Shown one piece after another: positions 24,601-38,200 of a stretch of DNA of 64,000 nt (position 1 is the stretch's first letter; the number at the start of each line of letters is the position of its first letter). This DNA is from Lingula anatina. Taxonomy: Eukaryota > Animalia > Brachiopoda. The position numbers were made by a program, and so were the translations under genes. The notes beneath the pieces were generated by a model. The model saw nothing but the letters and a program-made list of their open reading frames with translations, was not told where the DNA came from and made no database searches. The stretch covers positions 58,444,788-58,508,787 of the forward strand of contig CM120640.1 of assembly GCA_051362555.1 (NCBI GenBank). The letters run 5' to 3'.

Positions 24601-25549
24601 GAAACATCTGTTCCATATGGTTGTTAAGCAGTTGACATAATAATCTTGAAATATCTTATTTTTATACTTTTTTTGCTATTTATTATATTATTTTTTTAGT
24701 AAATTGATGATGATAATTCCGATGATATGTTTAAATAATTAGAATGAGACTGTGACTTAGTAAGTCATATGTGTACTTTAATGACACCCTTAAGAACTTT
24801 TTTTAATTATTTATACTGGTTAACGTACAATGCTGATGAAGACTGCAACACGTGCCGTGTAGTTTACAGTTTCCATGATATGGGTGCTTTCGCAGTCAGC
24901 TACCAGTATGTTGGTTCATTACCTGCAGCTTGCCTGTATATAGATGACATCAAGATGGATCGCTGAATGGAGCACTTTATTATGGCATTGGTTATTTAGG
25001 GTGCAGTTATAATTGTGATGAAATTGGAATTGGATCTGGTTTTGTATGTATTTAAAAATTTACAGGTGATATCTCAAAACTTCCAAAAGAGTGGCTGGAA
25101 ATACTGGCTAGGTATGTAAATAATGATTCTAGTACATTACTTATTTTGTCACTGCATAAGAGCTAATGCTATTATGTGGACTATTCAGATGTAATTCACT
25201 TAAAAAAACCTTGTGTTCAGCACAAGTTTATAAAAAGTTGGAATACAGCAGTTATCGCCATTACTGTTAATTTGTTAAATAAAAGATTGAGACTGAAAAG
25301 GGTTGGATACTGGCTGCAGTAATGAAATATGCATATTTAAAATCCTTAACTTAATTTAACATTTACAGGACAGCTAAAGAGGTGCTGAAACTGTATCACT
25401 CCAGCATGAAGGAGGATGAGCTGTTGCTGAAACTGGAGAATTTTGAAAACCTGACGCCCAGGCAACAGTACTCCTTATACGTTAGATATGGACAGAGAAA
25501 ACTACTCCAGATTTTATTGAATCTCTGCAGTCAGCAGCCTGTAAATTGA
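20694..25549 (+). CDS. SETD6: N-lysine methyltransferase SETD6 (SET domain plus Rubisco-LSMT substrate-binding domain), 472 aa
   Basis: Exons: 20694-20825, 21645-21789, 22025-22172, 22534-22662, 22859-23126, 23394-23492, 23775-23876, 24065-24145, 24493-24580, 25066-25111, 25369-25549; 1419 nt, frame intact. Motifs: [52 protein letters not shown], an acidic loop, [39 protein letters not shown] and VRYGQRKLL. Confidence 0.95.
21581..21619. repeat. (TTTA)n microsatellite
   Basis: Direct tetranucleotide run just before SETD6 exon 2. Confidence 0.9.
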
Positions 25550-25705
25550 AAGTTTTTTTTTAGTATATTTCAGATATAATCATAGAACACTATCTTAGCT
25601 TGTGTTGATAGATAGGTTGGTTGTAAACTAAAAACCAAAATCACACAAACTTTTACTAAGTGTTAGACAGTTATACTTTTGTATATTTGCCAGTGCATTT
25701 TATAT

Positions 25706-25737
<32 letters not shown>

Positions 25738-27159
25738 ATACACTTTGTATATTTTTTCTGTGTAGAAGATCCAAACCATTCCTTATTTTAATATATCACA
25801 TTTTAAGATGAAATTTATATTGTCACCTTTGTTACTTCCTGATACTGAAGATTTGACTCCAGTCAAACTGAAAGGACATTTCAAATACGTCCAGTAACAT
25901 TCTACCTCAAAATATTACCGGTGAGGTGAATTTTTATCACCACATATATTTCTGTATTCATTTGTATTTTGGTATTAATGATGGCCAGGTTTAGCCAATT
26001 TGTCGCTGTTTATTCATGCAATGTAAAATGCTGATAAGGAAAACATAGTTTGTAGATATTCAATTAAGTCATCCTTTTCCATGCAGTGTTACCACCCCCT
26101 CCCCTCTTGCTCTAACAAAGTTGGAGGGAGCATATTTTAAACAGGTGTTGGCCTGTCTATTTGCAGATGCAGTCCTGTCTAGTCAAACCCTTCAGATTCC
26201 AATCACTTTCAGTGAAATATGCTTGAAGACCTTGATATGTATTTGCACACCAACATAGACATTGAGCTCTCTCTGGTGGGGAAATGCCCTCTGCCTGTGT
26301 TTCACAAACTTCTGAACAAAATATGTCAACTAATAAATTTGGCACTTGAAGTCTTGTGTTAGTTTAGAAATGTGTCATCTTGGTCTCATTTTAATGTCTT
26401 AATGAACCCCCCCCCCCAAAAAAAAAAATAGTTTTTTATATATAGTGGATAGTTTTTCTACTGATCAATTTTAGTATAAGTGCAGTGTAAATTATTGTTC
26501 AGACAGGGTTTCATGATTGGCTGTCTCTCCCACAAGATAAAACCACCAGATTACTAACATAGCACAGTCTTCTTATTAACTTGTGCACTGATGTTAGCTA
26601 TGCTAGTATTTTTGGCTGAAGTAAAACACATTCACAAATGTATATTTATAAATTTTAGAATTATTAGAAAGATGAGCTCATGCAGGCAAGATGTTACTTT
26701 ACAGTGAACTACCATCGGCACTAGTCAGATTGAACTGCAAGTGTTAAATATTATTCCTTTTACAGAGGAGATTAAGTCCAATAAATTTTAGCAGTGATTG
26801 TGTAATAAAACTAGCTGTATTTATATTAACCTACATATTTACATACAGGTATGTTTACATAAACATAGTGTTTTGTTGTTCATAATGATGAAATTCTGCT
26901 GTTTTCTTAGGTCATATGTATATAATGATGGTAACTTAGTTTAACTTACTGATTTTGGTTCCTATGCATATAGGGCTAGCAACTTTACATTTTAGGTTGA
27001 AACATTTCAGTTTAAATCTTTTTTTTATGTATTAAATGTACTTGGATGTCTTATTTTTCATTTTTAAATACATACACTGTAAGTGTATGTATATATTCTG
27101 TGTATGTATATATTCTGATTGATCTGTCTGTCCTTGTCATCGCCGTCACCCACACATGA

Positions 27160-27485
27160 CATTTGCCCCGTAACTGCCAAACCGTATTTTTGTTTTATTT
27201 TAAATTTACTGAGCTTTGTTTGTTAAAGAGGCAGGTTGCTTTGGAAAATTGGCACAATAGGTTTACATTTTCGGTAATTATTCTGTTTATGTGCACAATT
27301 TTGGCGATGCTTGCCCCATAACTGTCAAACCGTACTTTTGTTTTAATTTAAATTTAATGAGTGGCTTTGTTTGGCAAAGAAGCAGGTTGCTTTGGAAAAT
27401 TGGTATGATCGGTTTACATTTATGGTAATTATTATTTTTTTTTTTGCATAATTTTGGTGACATTTGCCCCATAACTTTCAAACTT
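27160..27485. repeat. ~150-bp tandem repeat (about 2.2 units), probably the internal array of a HINE-type element
   Basis: Units begin ttgcccc(g/a)taactg..aaaccgta at ~27160, ~27310 and ~27461 and share gcaggttgctttggaaaattgg. A ctgtctgtcc microsatellite remnant precedes them. Confidence 0.75.
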
Positions 27486-29870
27486 CCAATGTCCATGTTA
27501 CCTGTAGTACATAATGTAATAGGGTAAGAGTGATTATGCTGTTTTAAAGCACCATCCAACATGCACATGCATCAAAATTGGCCAAAACATTATTTGGTGC
27601 ACTTTTTGTGTGTAATGTCTAAACATTTGTCAGCTTTGCTGCCTTGTTACTTGTATGGTGTCTGTATATTTGCCAGCTTTGCTGTCTAGTTGATAAAATT
27701 GATCCACATCTGCAAAATGAAGTTGAGATACATGTACTGTTCTGTAGTCCTTTTTCATTGCTACACAATTCTGCAGGAGTTATCTTGATAGATGCTCTGT
27801 CGATTGAGGCAACTGAAAAACTGAAAATGACATTTTTGCCCCAAAATTGCTACTACTGTAAGTATTAAGTCACCCGGGATATCGTGGATAAGAATTCTTT
27901 GAATGGATAATGTGTAGTCACATTTTTTCACTTGGTAGCCATGGTTTTATGACTACTACCCAAGGTACATGTACAAAGCCCCTAAGAAATATTTCAAAGC
28001 AAGAAGTTGTATACACAGAACTCCTTGGTCAAAGAAACTTTTTTTCACTGAAATTTGTTTTTAAAATAAATACTTTGCTGTCAGTAGTAGTATTTGTTAT
28101 TTCTTTTATTTTACCTCTAACAAATACGTTTTTGGTAGCAATAGTTGTGTATTGGGGATGCACATAACATGGTGTACATGTTTGAACTCGGGTCATTCCA
28201 CAAAAAAGTGAATATCTGTGTCAAATCTGTGAAGCACATATTTAAGAGATATTTGCACATTTTTCATTGTCCCATAATTTTCAATGATTTATATCATAGT
28301 ACCCTCAAATATGGAAGGAAATAAACAGTTATTAAAAAGTGATAGGGTTATTTCAAAACTTTTGATTTATTTTGAGTTATAACTATCAGCAAACTTCTTA
28401 AAATTTCTGAAATGTAAAATCATTGCATCATTTTACCGCTCCTGCAAGTGATTTCATAACTGCAAAATTATTCCTTACTTGAAGTAAAACAAAAATAAAG
28501 CGTATACTACAATATTTCTGATTATGTGACTAGCGATTATTTTTCACTTATTGTTATCTGAATCATAACAGATGGCTTCATATTCAGGCAGGTCCTTGAC
28601 TCGTGAACGACATTTTACAACGTGATATTTGGGTGCTGTTATTCCTCTTGAACAGTGGACAGTCTTCGGAACGCATCACTGTTTTCACTGGCATTGAATA
28701 AACGGATAAAAACACGCACAAATTGGATGGAATAAACAACATATCCTTCAAACGTCTTGGTTTGATCGCCCCAGTACTTTTCCACGTGGAAAGTCGGTAT
28801 CCATTCCAGTAAATTGTCCGTGAACCCGCGCGCCCTTGGCTTCCAAGTTCAGACGTGGTCATAACACTAATGATAGTGAAGTTATAACGTCTCCTCTGTG
28901 ACTGTTAACTCACCTAATGTGATCTCATGTCTGTGTACTATTCCATGAATCGTCCTTGATATGACTTTGGTAGCGTTGTGTGTTTTTGTTCACTGATCGT
29001 CTACGTCCTTCGTTTGTCCTTTCAATGAACTGATGACAGTTGGTGTGAATCAGGCAAGCAAATTCCAGTATGCTGATGAACTGATGCCAACGCACTTTTT
29101 GATAATTGATACAATCACGAAATTGTTTCATAACATAAACCATTTAATTGCTCAAAGGGTGACGCTGTTCAAATTTATTAAAGAATTAAACTAAAGTCGT
29201 ATAATTTTCGTCGCTCCAAATGTTCTCGAGTAATACTTAAAGAAAATTGACAAATCAATCTAAGACAAGCTACTATTATGTTAAGATTTTATTATCATAC
29301 TCATGTTTGAGGACGATTGTGGATGAGCCAAATTTTAAAAACGTTTCTTTTCGGATAAAAATGATACATACCCATTTTCAGGATTGGAACCAAAACATAT
29401 TCTAAATTTCAATTACGTATGTAAACGATTTCTCGTCAACTGAACGACACCTTTCCCACCGAATTTAACCTTTCACTAGTTTACGTATTGATTAATACAA
29501 TCTGGTGATATTTACAACGATCAGGTAAGGGCAGGTTTGTTCAAGTAGATATCATTTCTAATGAAAAGTTCAGTTCACGACCCAGCTGCACGGAAGTGAT
29601 AATGTGTGCGATATGACCTAAAGTTGTCGATCATGAGAGCTGACGTCACAGCTTGTGACGTGATTGAAAAGGGGAGAATTAAAAATACATACATGAAAAT
29701 AAATAATCTTGTTAATCGTCGACTTTAGCATGACAAATATAATATACATCACTGCCTACGACATCAAAACACAGCCTCATATTTAGTAAGTTGATATCTA
29801 TATCAAAAGGATATAGATCTATAAAAAATATCCACGTGTAAACTGAAATAAAATAAATTAACTTTTCCTG

Positions 29871-31284
29871 TCATTCCCACTCTTGTTCAGTTAGCGCTGG
29901 TTGTGAACTTCGTGTAAGAAGAGCACCCATCAAAACGGCTGAAACCGCCAATAAGGAAAACGCCGATGACAACACCGAGAGCGTGAACGCCATGCCCTGG
30001 GAGAGGTAGGGTTCACTGGCCAGTCGCTTTACATCTCCCACATTGCTGTTGTAGACTGCGATAGCTGAGATTTGAAAAATACCTGAAACGGGCAGATACT
30101 GCTTTAAGTCACACATTAATATATACAATTATATCAACAGTCAACCTTTTAAGGTTATCGACGTGAAATAATATTACTTTTAATATGGATCCTATGTAGA
30201 AAGGAATAAATAAGTTTTTATGATAGATAATGAAAACACGTATGGTGTTTGTTCAAATTAAAAAACATTACACCCATTACATGACAAAGCTAGTCTAGGG
30301 GTTTACTGATAGATTCATTAGATTATCTCTTCTTCACAGAAAATCTAAATGAACAACATTTATTGTGTTTCTTACTTGATATAAACAGAACCATGGCGAC
30401 TCCCATTAGAGACAACGTGACTGCTGGGGGGTATCGATACTCAAGACTAGGAACAATTCGCACCATTTTGACCACAATTGCTGACAAAAGTATTAAACTT
30501 GTCAATAACAGTAATGTTGAAACCACATGGAATCCTTGGATTAGTGGCAGCCGTTCTGTAAATTTAAAAGTAGAAAAGTAAATTTCTAATAGACCTGTGT
30601 TTTGTCTTGTGTTAAATATGTCGCTCCCTACAACTTGCTTGCATCCATGTAATATAACCATTATTTTCCTAGAATTTTGACATTTGTGCTTTGCATTAAT
30701 TTCATTCATCATCAAAACAATATACAATATACCAGTTTTGCACCGTAAATGTACTGCATGTCTCGCGTTAACAGCTGACAAAACCCCACTCTGGAATGAT
30801 CAAATTTAAGATTTTGGCCATATGTTCACCTTTCTTTGTTTTGGTTAACTGAACATTTGACAATCATTTTACGGATATTAATATCAGATATGCATCTGGC
30901 TGCTTTTAACCTCGTTAGTTTTGATCCTGTCGTTAGTCATAAATATAATAAATGTATTCGTATAGTCTAATGTGTAAATTCAGTATCCTGTTAAAGTGCA
31001 CTTGATTTTATTTCGCTCACAATACCCCTGTTTGTGTTAATGTCAACAATGTGTTGGAGTATTTTGAGGTTATTTAAGTGGGCATTATAAGATTTTTTTT
31101 CATGTGGCTCAATCGAAAGATTTTTACGTCTTTTGAGGAGTATCTAGATAACCTAGTTCTTTTGAAACAGCAAGTCAATGTGTCTATAGATATAGAACAA
31201 GGTGTCCCGTATGCAGTACCTTAATTAATAACGCTGTGCGTGAAATGCTATCGTCATTATTTTTCTTTGATTAGGGCCTTTAGT

Positions 31285-31320
<36 letters not shown>

Positions 31321-31649
31321 CTCGTAATATGTTTGTTTCTTTAAAACTTACTGAATGCTTCTAGGCGCTGACAAGTACTTTCCTGAGATACGTTGGTGTT
31401 CAGCTCACACATGCCCCATAAAGAAAATCCAAGAACAGTCTTTTTATCCCAATCTAACGCTTCATACCAGCATATCCGAGTTGTCTTGCAGTCAGACAAG
31501 AGAGCAATTGTTTCTTCTATCAAAGTTTTCACTATTAAAATAATCCCTGCATACATATAAGGTAATGGCTTCGTCAAACACACATCACACGCATCAAACC
31601 ACTCCATTTTCTTGCGTCGCATGTATGTCCCAGCTGAAGTGGTATCCAT
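29871..31649 (-). CDS. claudin/PMP22/EMP-superfamily four-transmembrane protein, 229 aa, uncharacterised
   Basis: Exons 31649-31352, 30555-30376 and 30082-29871 with phase-1 GT-AG introns; 690 nt. Four hydrophobic segments. The first extracellular loop has W...SLWGMC...C (cf. claudin W-GLW-C-C). The IFQISAIAVY and GMAFTLSVLS segments resemble TM3/TM4 of invertebrate claudin-like proteins. Confidence 0.8.
31286..31320. repeat. (GA)n microsatellite
   Basis: Direct dinucleotide run in intron 1 of the claudin-like gene. Confidence 0.9.
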
Positions 31650-33337
31650 GACTGATCTGGCATCTCAACTACTAGGTCTTATTCTTCGTATTCTTCAGCA
31701 AAAAGCATAGATAAGCATTTTGGTGATTAACACATGCTTCCAGACATAGTCTGAACAAACTGTGCTGTAAACTCAAACTTTATTATACTTCAACAAACAT
31801 TATTTACCTGTCCTTATTCAAATACTGAGCGCAGAGTAGTATTCTACATACTCGTTAGAGACGTGCCCGGAATCTGATCCCAACAAGGTCACGCGTAGAT
31901 ACCCCACCTTTTAAAGCAATGAAAGCTATATTCAGGTGAACATATAGGACCATACACCTTTCAAAGTCGTCACTGTCTGACTCAGTATATTGAAACTGTT
32001 GATCTTTATTCTAAGGCCGAGGGTATATGTTTTGATGTTTTAGAAATGCTATTTACTCAATTCCCGAAGGAATAATTCATTCGAAAATGCTATTTTTTCT
32101 GGACATTGATATTAAGTCACAATATCCTAAATGCATTTATGATAATGTGCAAGCACAATTTTGCAAATGTTTATCGGATACTGCACGGCATGTTCAAAGC
32201 GAGATCGATATCTGTGGGCGATTGAGTTTATAACATAGTAATGCTAACATCTCAATATAGACCTGTTACGCTAATATTACCTACATTAACGTCGTCACCA
32301 TATCTTAATAACTTTACAGACAGTGGAGAAAATTTTGCCATTACTCATTTCAAGTCATAATTTTTACGGATACCGATATCTATCTATCTATCTATCTGTC
32401 TATCTATAAAGATAGAAAGATATACAGATACACGAGAGCAGTGTGGACAGAACTAACGATATATTTGGTGCTATACACAAGGTCGGGGTCCAGCTTTTGT
32501 TCTTTCGAAACGGACATCGAAATTTATCACTCAAAAGTCAATAGATCGACAAGCCGCACCCCTCTCTTTCCCGGTGTTGGTAAATAACTTTCCCAAACCT
32601 CGACTTAGCAGTTGTCATGTAACGTACGCTCACTTTATGAATCCTGTCAGAAATAAAAACGAGTTACAGTTAAAGTCAGTGAGGTGCTGAGGCTGGTAAG
32701 GAAGATTTCAGTCTCACATCTCCATTGTAGCCTACCTTATTTATCGAACAAGCTTATATTTTGTAATTAATGTGTAAAATCTTCTTTATAACTTTACAGA
32801 GATATTGGCATAGATGACAGGCCTACATAACATCTGAATTATAGTACTAAAAAATTGATATTGATCACATACTAATTTTATTTCATAGGTTATCTTGAGG
32901 CCAGTCCTGATAAAATTAATCAGAGCATGAATGGATCTCGTTTACCTCGAGCTTTAGATCACGTGTGTTAACTTCTTTATTTCCACCTCTCCAGCACAGT
33001 TATATTCTGACAGTCAGCTGTCTTAGATTTAAATTGACCTCGCCCACTACTAAATCCATGAAGTTATGGGTAGTAATTTAGAAACGTTTAAACGAGTCCG
33101 CGTCATGTCGTTTTGCGATGGCCAACTTCAAAAACCATAGGCCTACTAACGAAATTAAACCCATTGAAAATAAATTCAAGCGCATTGAGCTGTTATTTGA
33201 CGAGCACACATAGTGCACAATTTTGCTAATAGTATAAAAGACCTGCTCAAACCTGCAAAAATGTAAAAGAAATACGGAGGCGATTTTAGAACTTAATTAT
33301 AAACCAAAATGGTACTAGAGGGTCGAAGTATAGCTTG

Positions 33338-33522
33338 CAGGCCCGTAGCCAGGGGTAGGGGTTCGAGGGGTTCGAAAGAACGATCCTTTTTGCTGGGAAA
33401 AGGTCCACTCTGGATAAAATTTGATCTAGATACATGAAGGTTTTATGGTAAAAGGTCCATTTTTTCAGAAAACGAACCCCCCCCCCCCCCCCCCCCATTT
33501 CAAATTGCTGGCTACAGGCCTG
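33338..33522. mobile_element. MITE (hAT-like, 15-bp TIR CAGGCCCGTAGCCAG, 5-bp TSD), copy 1
   Basis: Termini caggcccgtagccag / ctggctacaggcctg; flanks gcttg / gtttg (one mismatch). The interior is highly similar to the copy at 42302-42469. Confidence 0.85.
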
Positions 33523-35201
33523 GTTTGTTTATTTTTCCTTTTTTATATAAGTTCAAAAATAGTCTAAGGGTCGTTTCTAGATAAAACCCACATTAATGGA
33601 CGCATAATAAATTCTGTCGTTGTATCATAAGTTTTCACAGGGCACTTACGCATGTAATACAACACAATTTTTTAATTGACGCTAGCCTAGGGTTATAAAA
33701 ATCACGATTTTACGAACTCTACGTTATCTCAGCGCAGGCGACTCGTCCTGAATATCTTCCAACGCCGTCAAGGGCAATCATTGTTTACCGCAGAAAACGT
33801 GAATCAAACACCGCTGACGGACAGGTAAGTGTGCACATATCAGTGGAATTAACACGTTGAGTGAGTAGTGCATTGAGTAGGTAAGTAATACTGACATTTG
33901 GTCTCTTTTCTTAAAGACAGGAAGTACACTTAAAATAATATATGCACAGAGTAATGTTCTTGCTCAAAATTCGTTCCTCATATTCCCATAAAATATGGCC
34001 AAAGTGCTGAGCTACTGAATGCCCCGATTATAGTGTGCATTTAATTTGCCTTCCGACGCAAAATTCAAGTTGTTTGTAGAGTAAAAAAAAAAGAATGTTA
34101 TTGCTTTTGATTACTTAATTAATTGAAAATTCATATTTCGTATCAAGAGTTCATTACAGTTTAGCATATTTACAATCAAGTCGAATATATCAAATGATTA
34201 AACACGAATGTAAAGATGATCACATTTTACTTTATTTTATGGCACATAACACCTACAGACATCAGGGCCTGGTCACAATCAACAGGTACTGTATGTATGC
34301 ATTCATGCTATGTTATTAAAATGTTGCAGGTAACCTTGTGGTCTTCAATTCTGTTTCCCTTTGCATGCTATGGCAGCCCCTATTCCCCCATCAAAAGTAA
34401 TGGGAAGACAGAGAAGTGTTTACATTTATTGTGCTAGATGCGGATACTCATACCTATATTTGGGCATCATAGGGATATTGTGCCTCCCTAGAATATGTTA
34501 TTTTGGTATAAATTTCAACCTTAAGTGCATGTTGAAGGTTGCCAGGCTGATTAACATTAATAATTTGAAGTGCAATGTCAGTGTATGGATTAGATAATGC
34601 CATCTACATTTACTGATCTACAATAAGAATACTCATTTGACAACATATTCTGGATTATATGCGGTTGATATGGTTCCTTTCATGTCTCTCTCCTCCTTAG
34701 TTCCCTTTTTTTAGCAGCATTCAACATTCCATCAATAAAATGTCTAAATATCACAAATTTTTGTACAATAATTTACTTCTTATTCTGATGTGGTAAATGA
34801 AAGTTGATTTACGTTGTAACTTCAAAAGCATTAAGGACACAGACTGTCAATTCATGCAAACAAGTTGATTTTTTCTACTCTGGAACACTCGTTATTTATG
34901 GCTTTTACCACTTTCATAATGTGAAATATTGCACTACAGCTTCTGGCAGATCTTCATCATTACCGACTGCTATTTCCAATGACCAGCTTTACTTCTGCTG
35001 CAAATTCAAGAGAAACAGTAAATCACAAATAAATAAAGTTTCTGTTCTTTTATCAGCAGCATTTTCCTCCAAGTCCAGGATAAGCATTTTTAAACCATCC
35101 AAACATGCTCTAGCCAAGTTGCAACTGTCACCTTGTTCCAAAGCATTTAGTTAATCATCTCTTACCAACACAATTTTCTGTACATGTATAAGTTATGAGT
35201 T

Positions 35202-38200
35202 TCATTTTTCAGTCATGGACAGCTGTAGTATTCTTTGTAGCTCCTCGTCTTCTTGCATTCTTCTCCTCTCATCCTCAGCCTGTTGCTTCTGGGACATTTC
35301 TAGGGCTAGGCGTAGCTGCTGGTCCATAGGGTCTTCAGGCTGGATTGTTAAACAACAACTCTTTAATATCTTCCCTGTATAAAGCATGATTGTTCAATAC
35401 CATGTTTGTCTTAGGAAACTTTCTGACAAATTTTGAAACTCATTTTGAAGAAATGAAGAGTGAATATTTGCAAAATACACAACCACACTTTCAAATCTGT
35501 TTTTAAATAAAATAGGAGACATTGAGCAAAAAAAAACACAGTTATTGCTACGTGACTCAGGACCTTCTCTTACAAAAATAAATAAATCAATAAATTGATC
35601 TCATACCTGTGTTCTGGGGTACGGTCTACATATGTCCTCCTCTGGCACAGAATCCTGGCTTAAAGATTCCCCTGGTTGGTGACTGATAGATAGACTTGCA
35701 GCAAGGGCTCTGAAAAATCAACAATTTCCATTTAAAATATCTTAAATATTGGAATAACAGAAACAGTTGAATGATTGAAGCTTACACATATACAACATCC
35801 ATCACCAAATTATTTTCAATATTATCTATTACAGAAGTTGAACAAAAGTTACTAAAAGAATAAACACAACAGGAGAAATACAAACCTTTGCAGTTGTCTT
35901 TCTTCCAGAGTTTTATAACCAGCTGTAGGGCCAGGGGGGCTCTTCATTAAGGCTTCATAGAAAGTTACCTACAAACAGTTACTAAAGCATAATGCTGCCT
36001 ATCACAGTATCTAACACCTGTATCAAACATTTAAGTCACATGAAAGTCACAATTGAATATAAAAAATAATAACAATAACAATAATAAACAAAAATTAAAG
36101 GAATACTAAAAGCTTGCCCACTGCTTTTGAATATCTAGCAATGTACCATTTTAAGAGAAGTAAAAAATGGATGAATAAACATAATCAATGTGAAAAATGC
36201 TCTACTCTTACTACCTGATCATTTTCTGAACCTGATTCTAATAAACTCTGTTGAATTGCAAACTGCAACAAGGCATCATCTTCATCTTGATATCTGTTGT
36301 CCATGTGTCCTTCTCCTGGAAACAGCAGTATTACACTGAACCAATGATATCTTCAGTCTTTCTCTTACTTTAACACACACATGCATTCAGAGTGCAGGCA
36401 CAATTGCACACATTATAATGTTGACTCCTTGTAAATCTACAGCTATATTAAACTGTGATGTGACCATACACTGAAGGTGCAGAGAGCAGCTCAAAAAAGA
36501 AACCTTTCATATCCCCCAACTTTTAAGTCTCATATAAATCAATGCTGCTGTTAGTGGTCACTTTTTAGATTTACAACCATTCAAGCTAAGTGAAAATCTG
36601 AATACAGTGTATACAGAGTCCTACCTTGAATGACATAGCCAGGGGGTACATCAAACACACTTTCATCTACAACACAAGTCATGGGACTGGTATCTTTTAT
36701 GGACGTTACACCAGGAACTGCCTCTGTGTTGGCATAGATGTTACCAAAGGTAATCTTCGCATTTAACACATGGAACAGAGGAATCTCTGTAAGTGAAAAG
36801 GGATGCTCTCATAACAAAATCAGTGAATTGGTAGACTTGCATTTTACTCAATGTATACTAATTATAATCCTATTTTTACAACTCTTTTTTTAAACAATTA
36901 TGAACATATACCTGTCACATCTTGTCTAAGTAGTAAGTCTTGTTTCTTTTGAAGATATGAAAACTTTCAGAACATGATCAACTGCAGCTTACCTATTTTG
37001 ACTGGGAACCCTGCAGGAAGTGTCAATGTAATGAAGTCTTTGAGTTTCTTAAAATGTGCATTATTTTGTGCCATTATATCAATGATGGGCACAACTTGCT
37101 CCTGTAGAGACAATGGGAATGACTCACACAAGGACAGTGTGGCCTGTAATTCAATAACAAAAAATAAAAAGGAAATAAGTAATGAAATCACAGCAGTTGA
37201 AACATCAATGATAGGAAAAATCATGTTGATAGAAAAAGTTATGTTATATGGAATATCTTAATTTTCAAAACCAAATATTTACATCCAATGTGCAACTTCC
37301 TTAGGCACCATGTAATATGAAACATCAATTCATAATTAAAGTTAACCTAATACTATATATGCTACACTAACAATAGCAATAAATTATTTTTATATGGCGC
37401 ATTTGTTAAAAATCTCACTGTGCCTTACAAATCAAGAGCTAAAATTAACAAATTGCTAATTGAAAGTCTTAAATTATGAATCTAAAAATTATTAACAATA
37501 TATAAGAATAATTTATAAGATAAAAGTTTTAAAAAATAATAAAAATTCCTGTATCAATTACTATAACATGATTTTAAACTTTAGATCTTTTTCAATTCTT
37601 CAAAGATTTTCCAATTCACCTCCAATTTTTCAGTAGGTTTAGTATTCCTCAACTTGAGAAATATAATGTAAATCTCTGTTCCCCATGATACTTGTTAGAA
37701 TTTTTCACTAAAACAAAATGTTTTAGAAATAAATGACTAAAAATGGAATTTCTAATAATGCATCCCTGCTGGTGTTGTTGAAGAATTTCGTAACATACTT
37801 TAAATTTCTGCACTTTGACACTTTGCTCCTTTGGTCTGCCTATGTCTTTTCCTTGTAGATCTATCATGGAATTAAAATACTCAAGGGGAGATATAGAGCA
37901 TGGGTTGTTACTCTGTGTTGTCACATCCTGAAACAATCACAGACATCAATTTGAAATAATATAATATAAGCTATTGCATTAAAAAAACAAGGCAGCAAAG
38001 CTGTCAAATGTACAGACAAAAAACAGGAAATAACTATGCACAAAATAGGCTACTGTCAATTCTGATGCAAAAGTACATTATGTTAAACTGCAAATTCAAC
38101 ATCAAATTTTAATTATGCTCAACAGGTAATACCAATGTAAGTAAAATGTGTAACAAGCATAAGGCTTCAGGCCCATGGGAGTTCAAGTTCACACTTTGAA

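Noticed and set aside
28584-29143. Two minus-strand ORFs (92 and 72 aa) as a protein-coding gene
   Set aside because: They could not be joined into one frame with plausible introns, and I recognised no homology.
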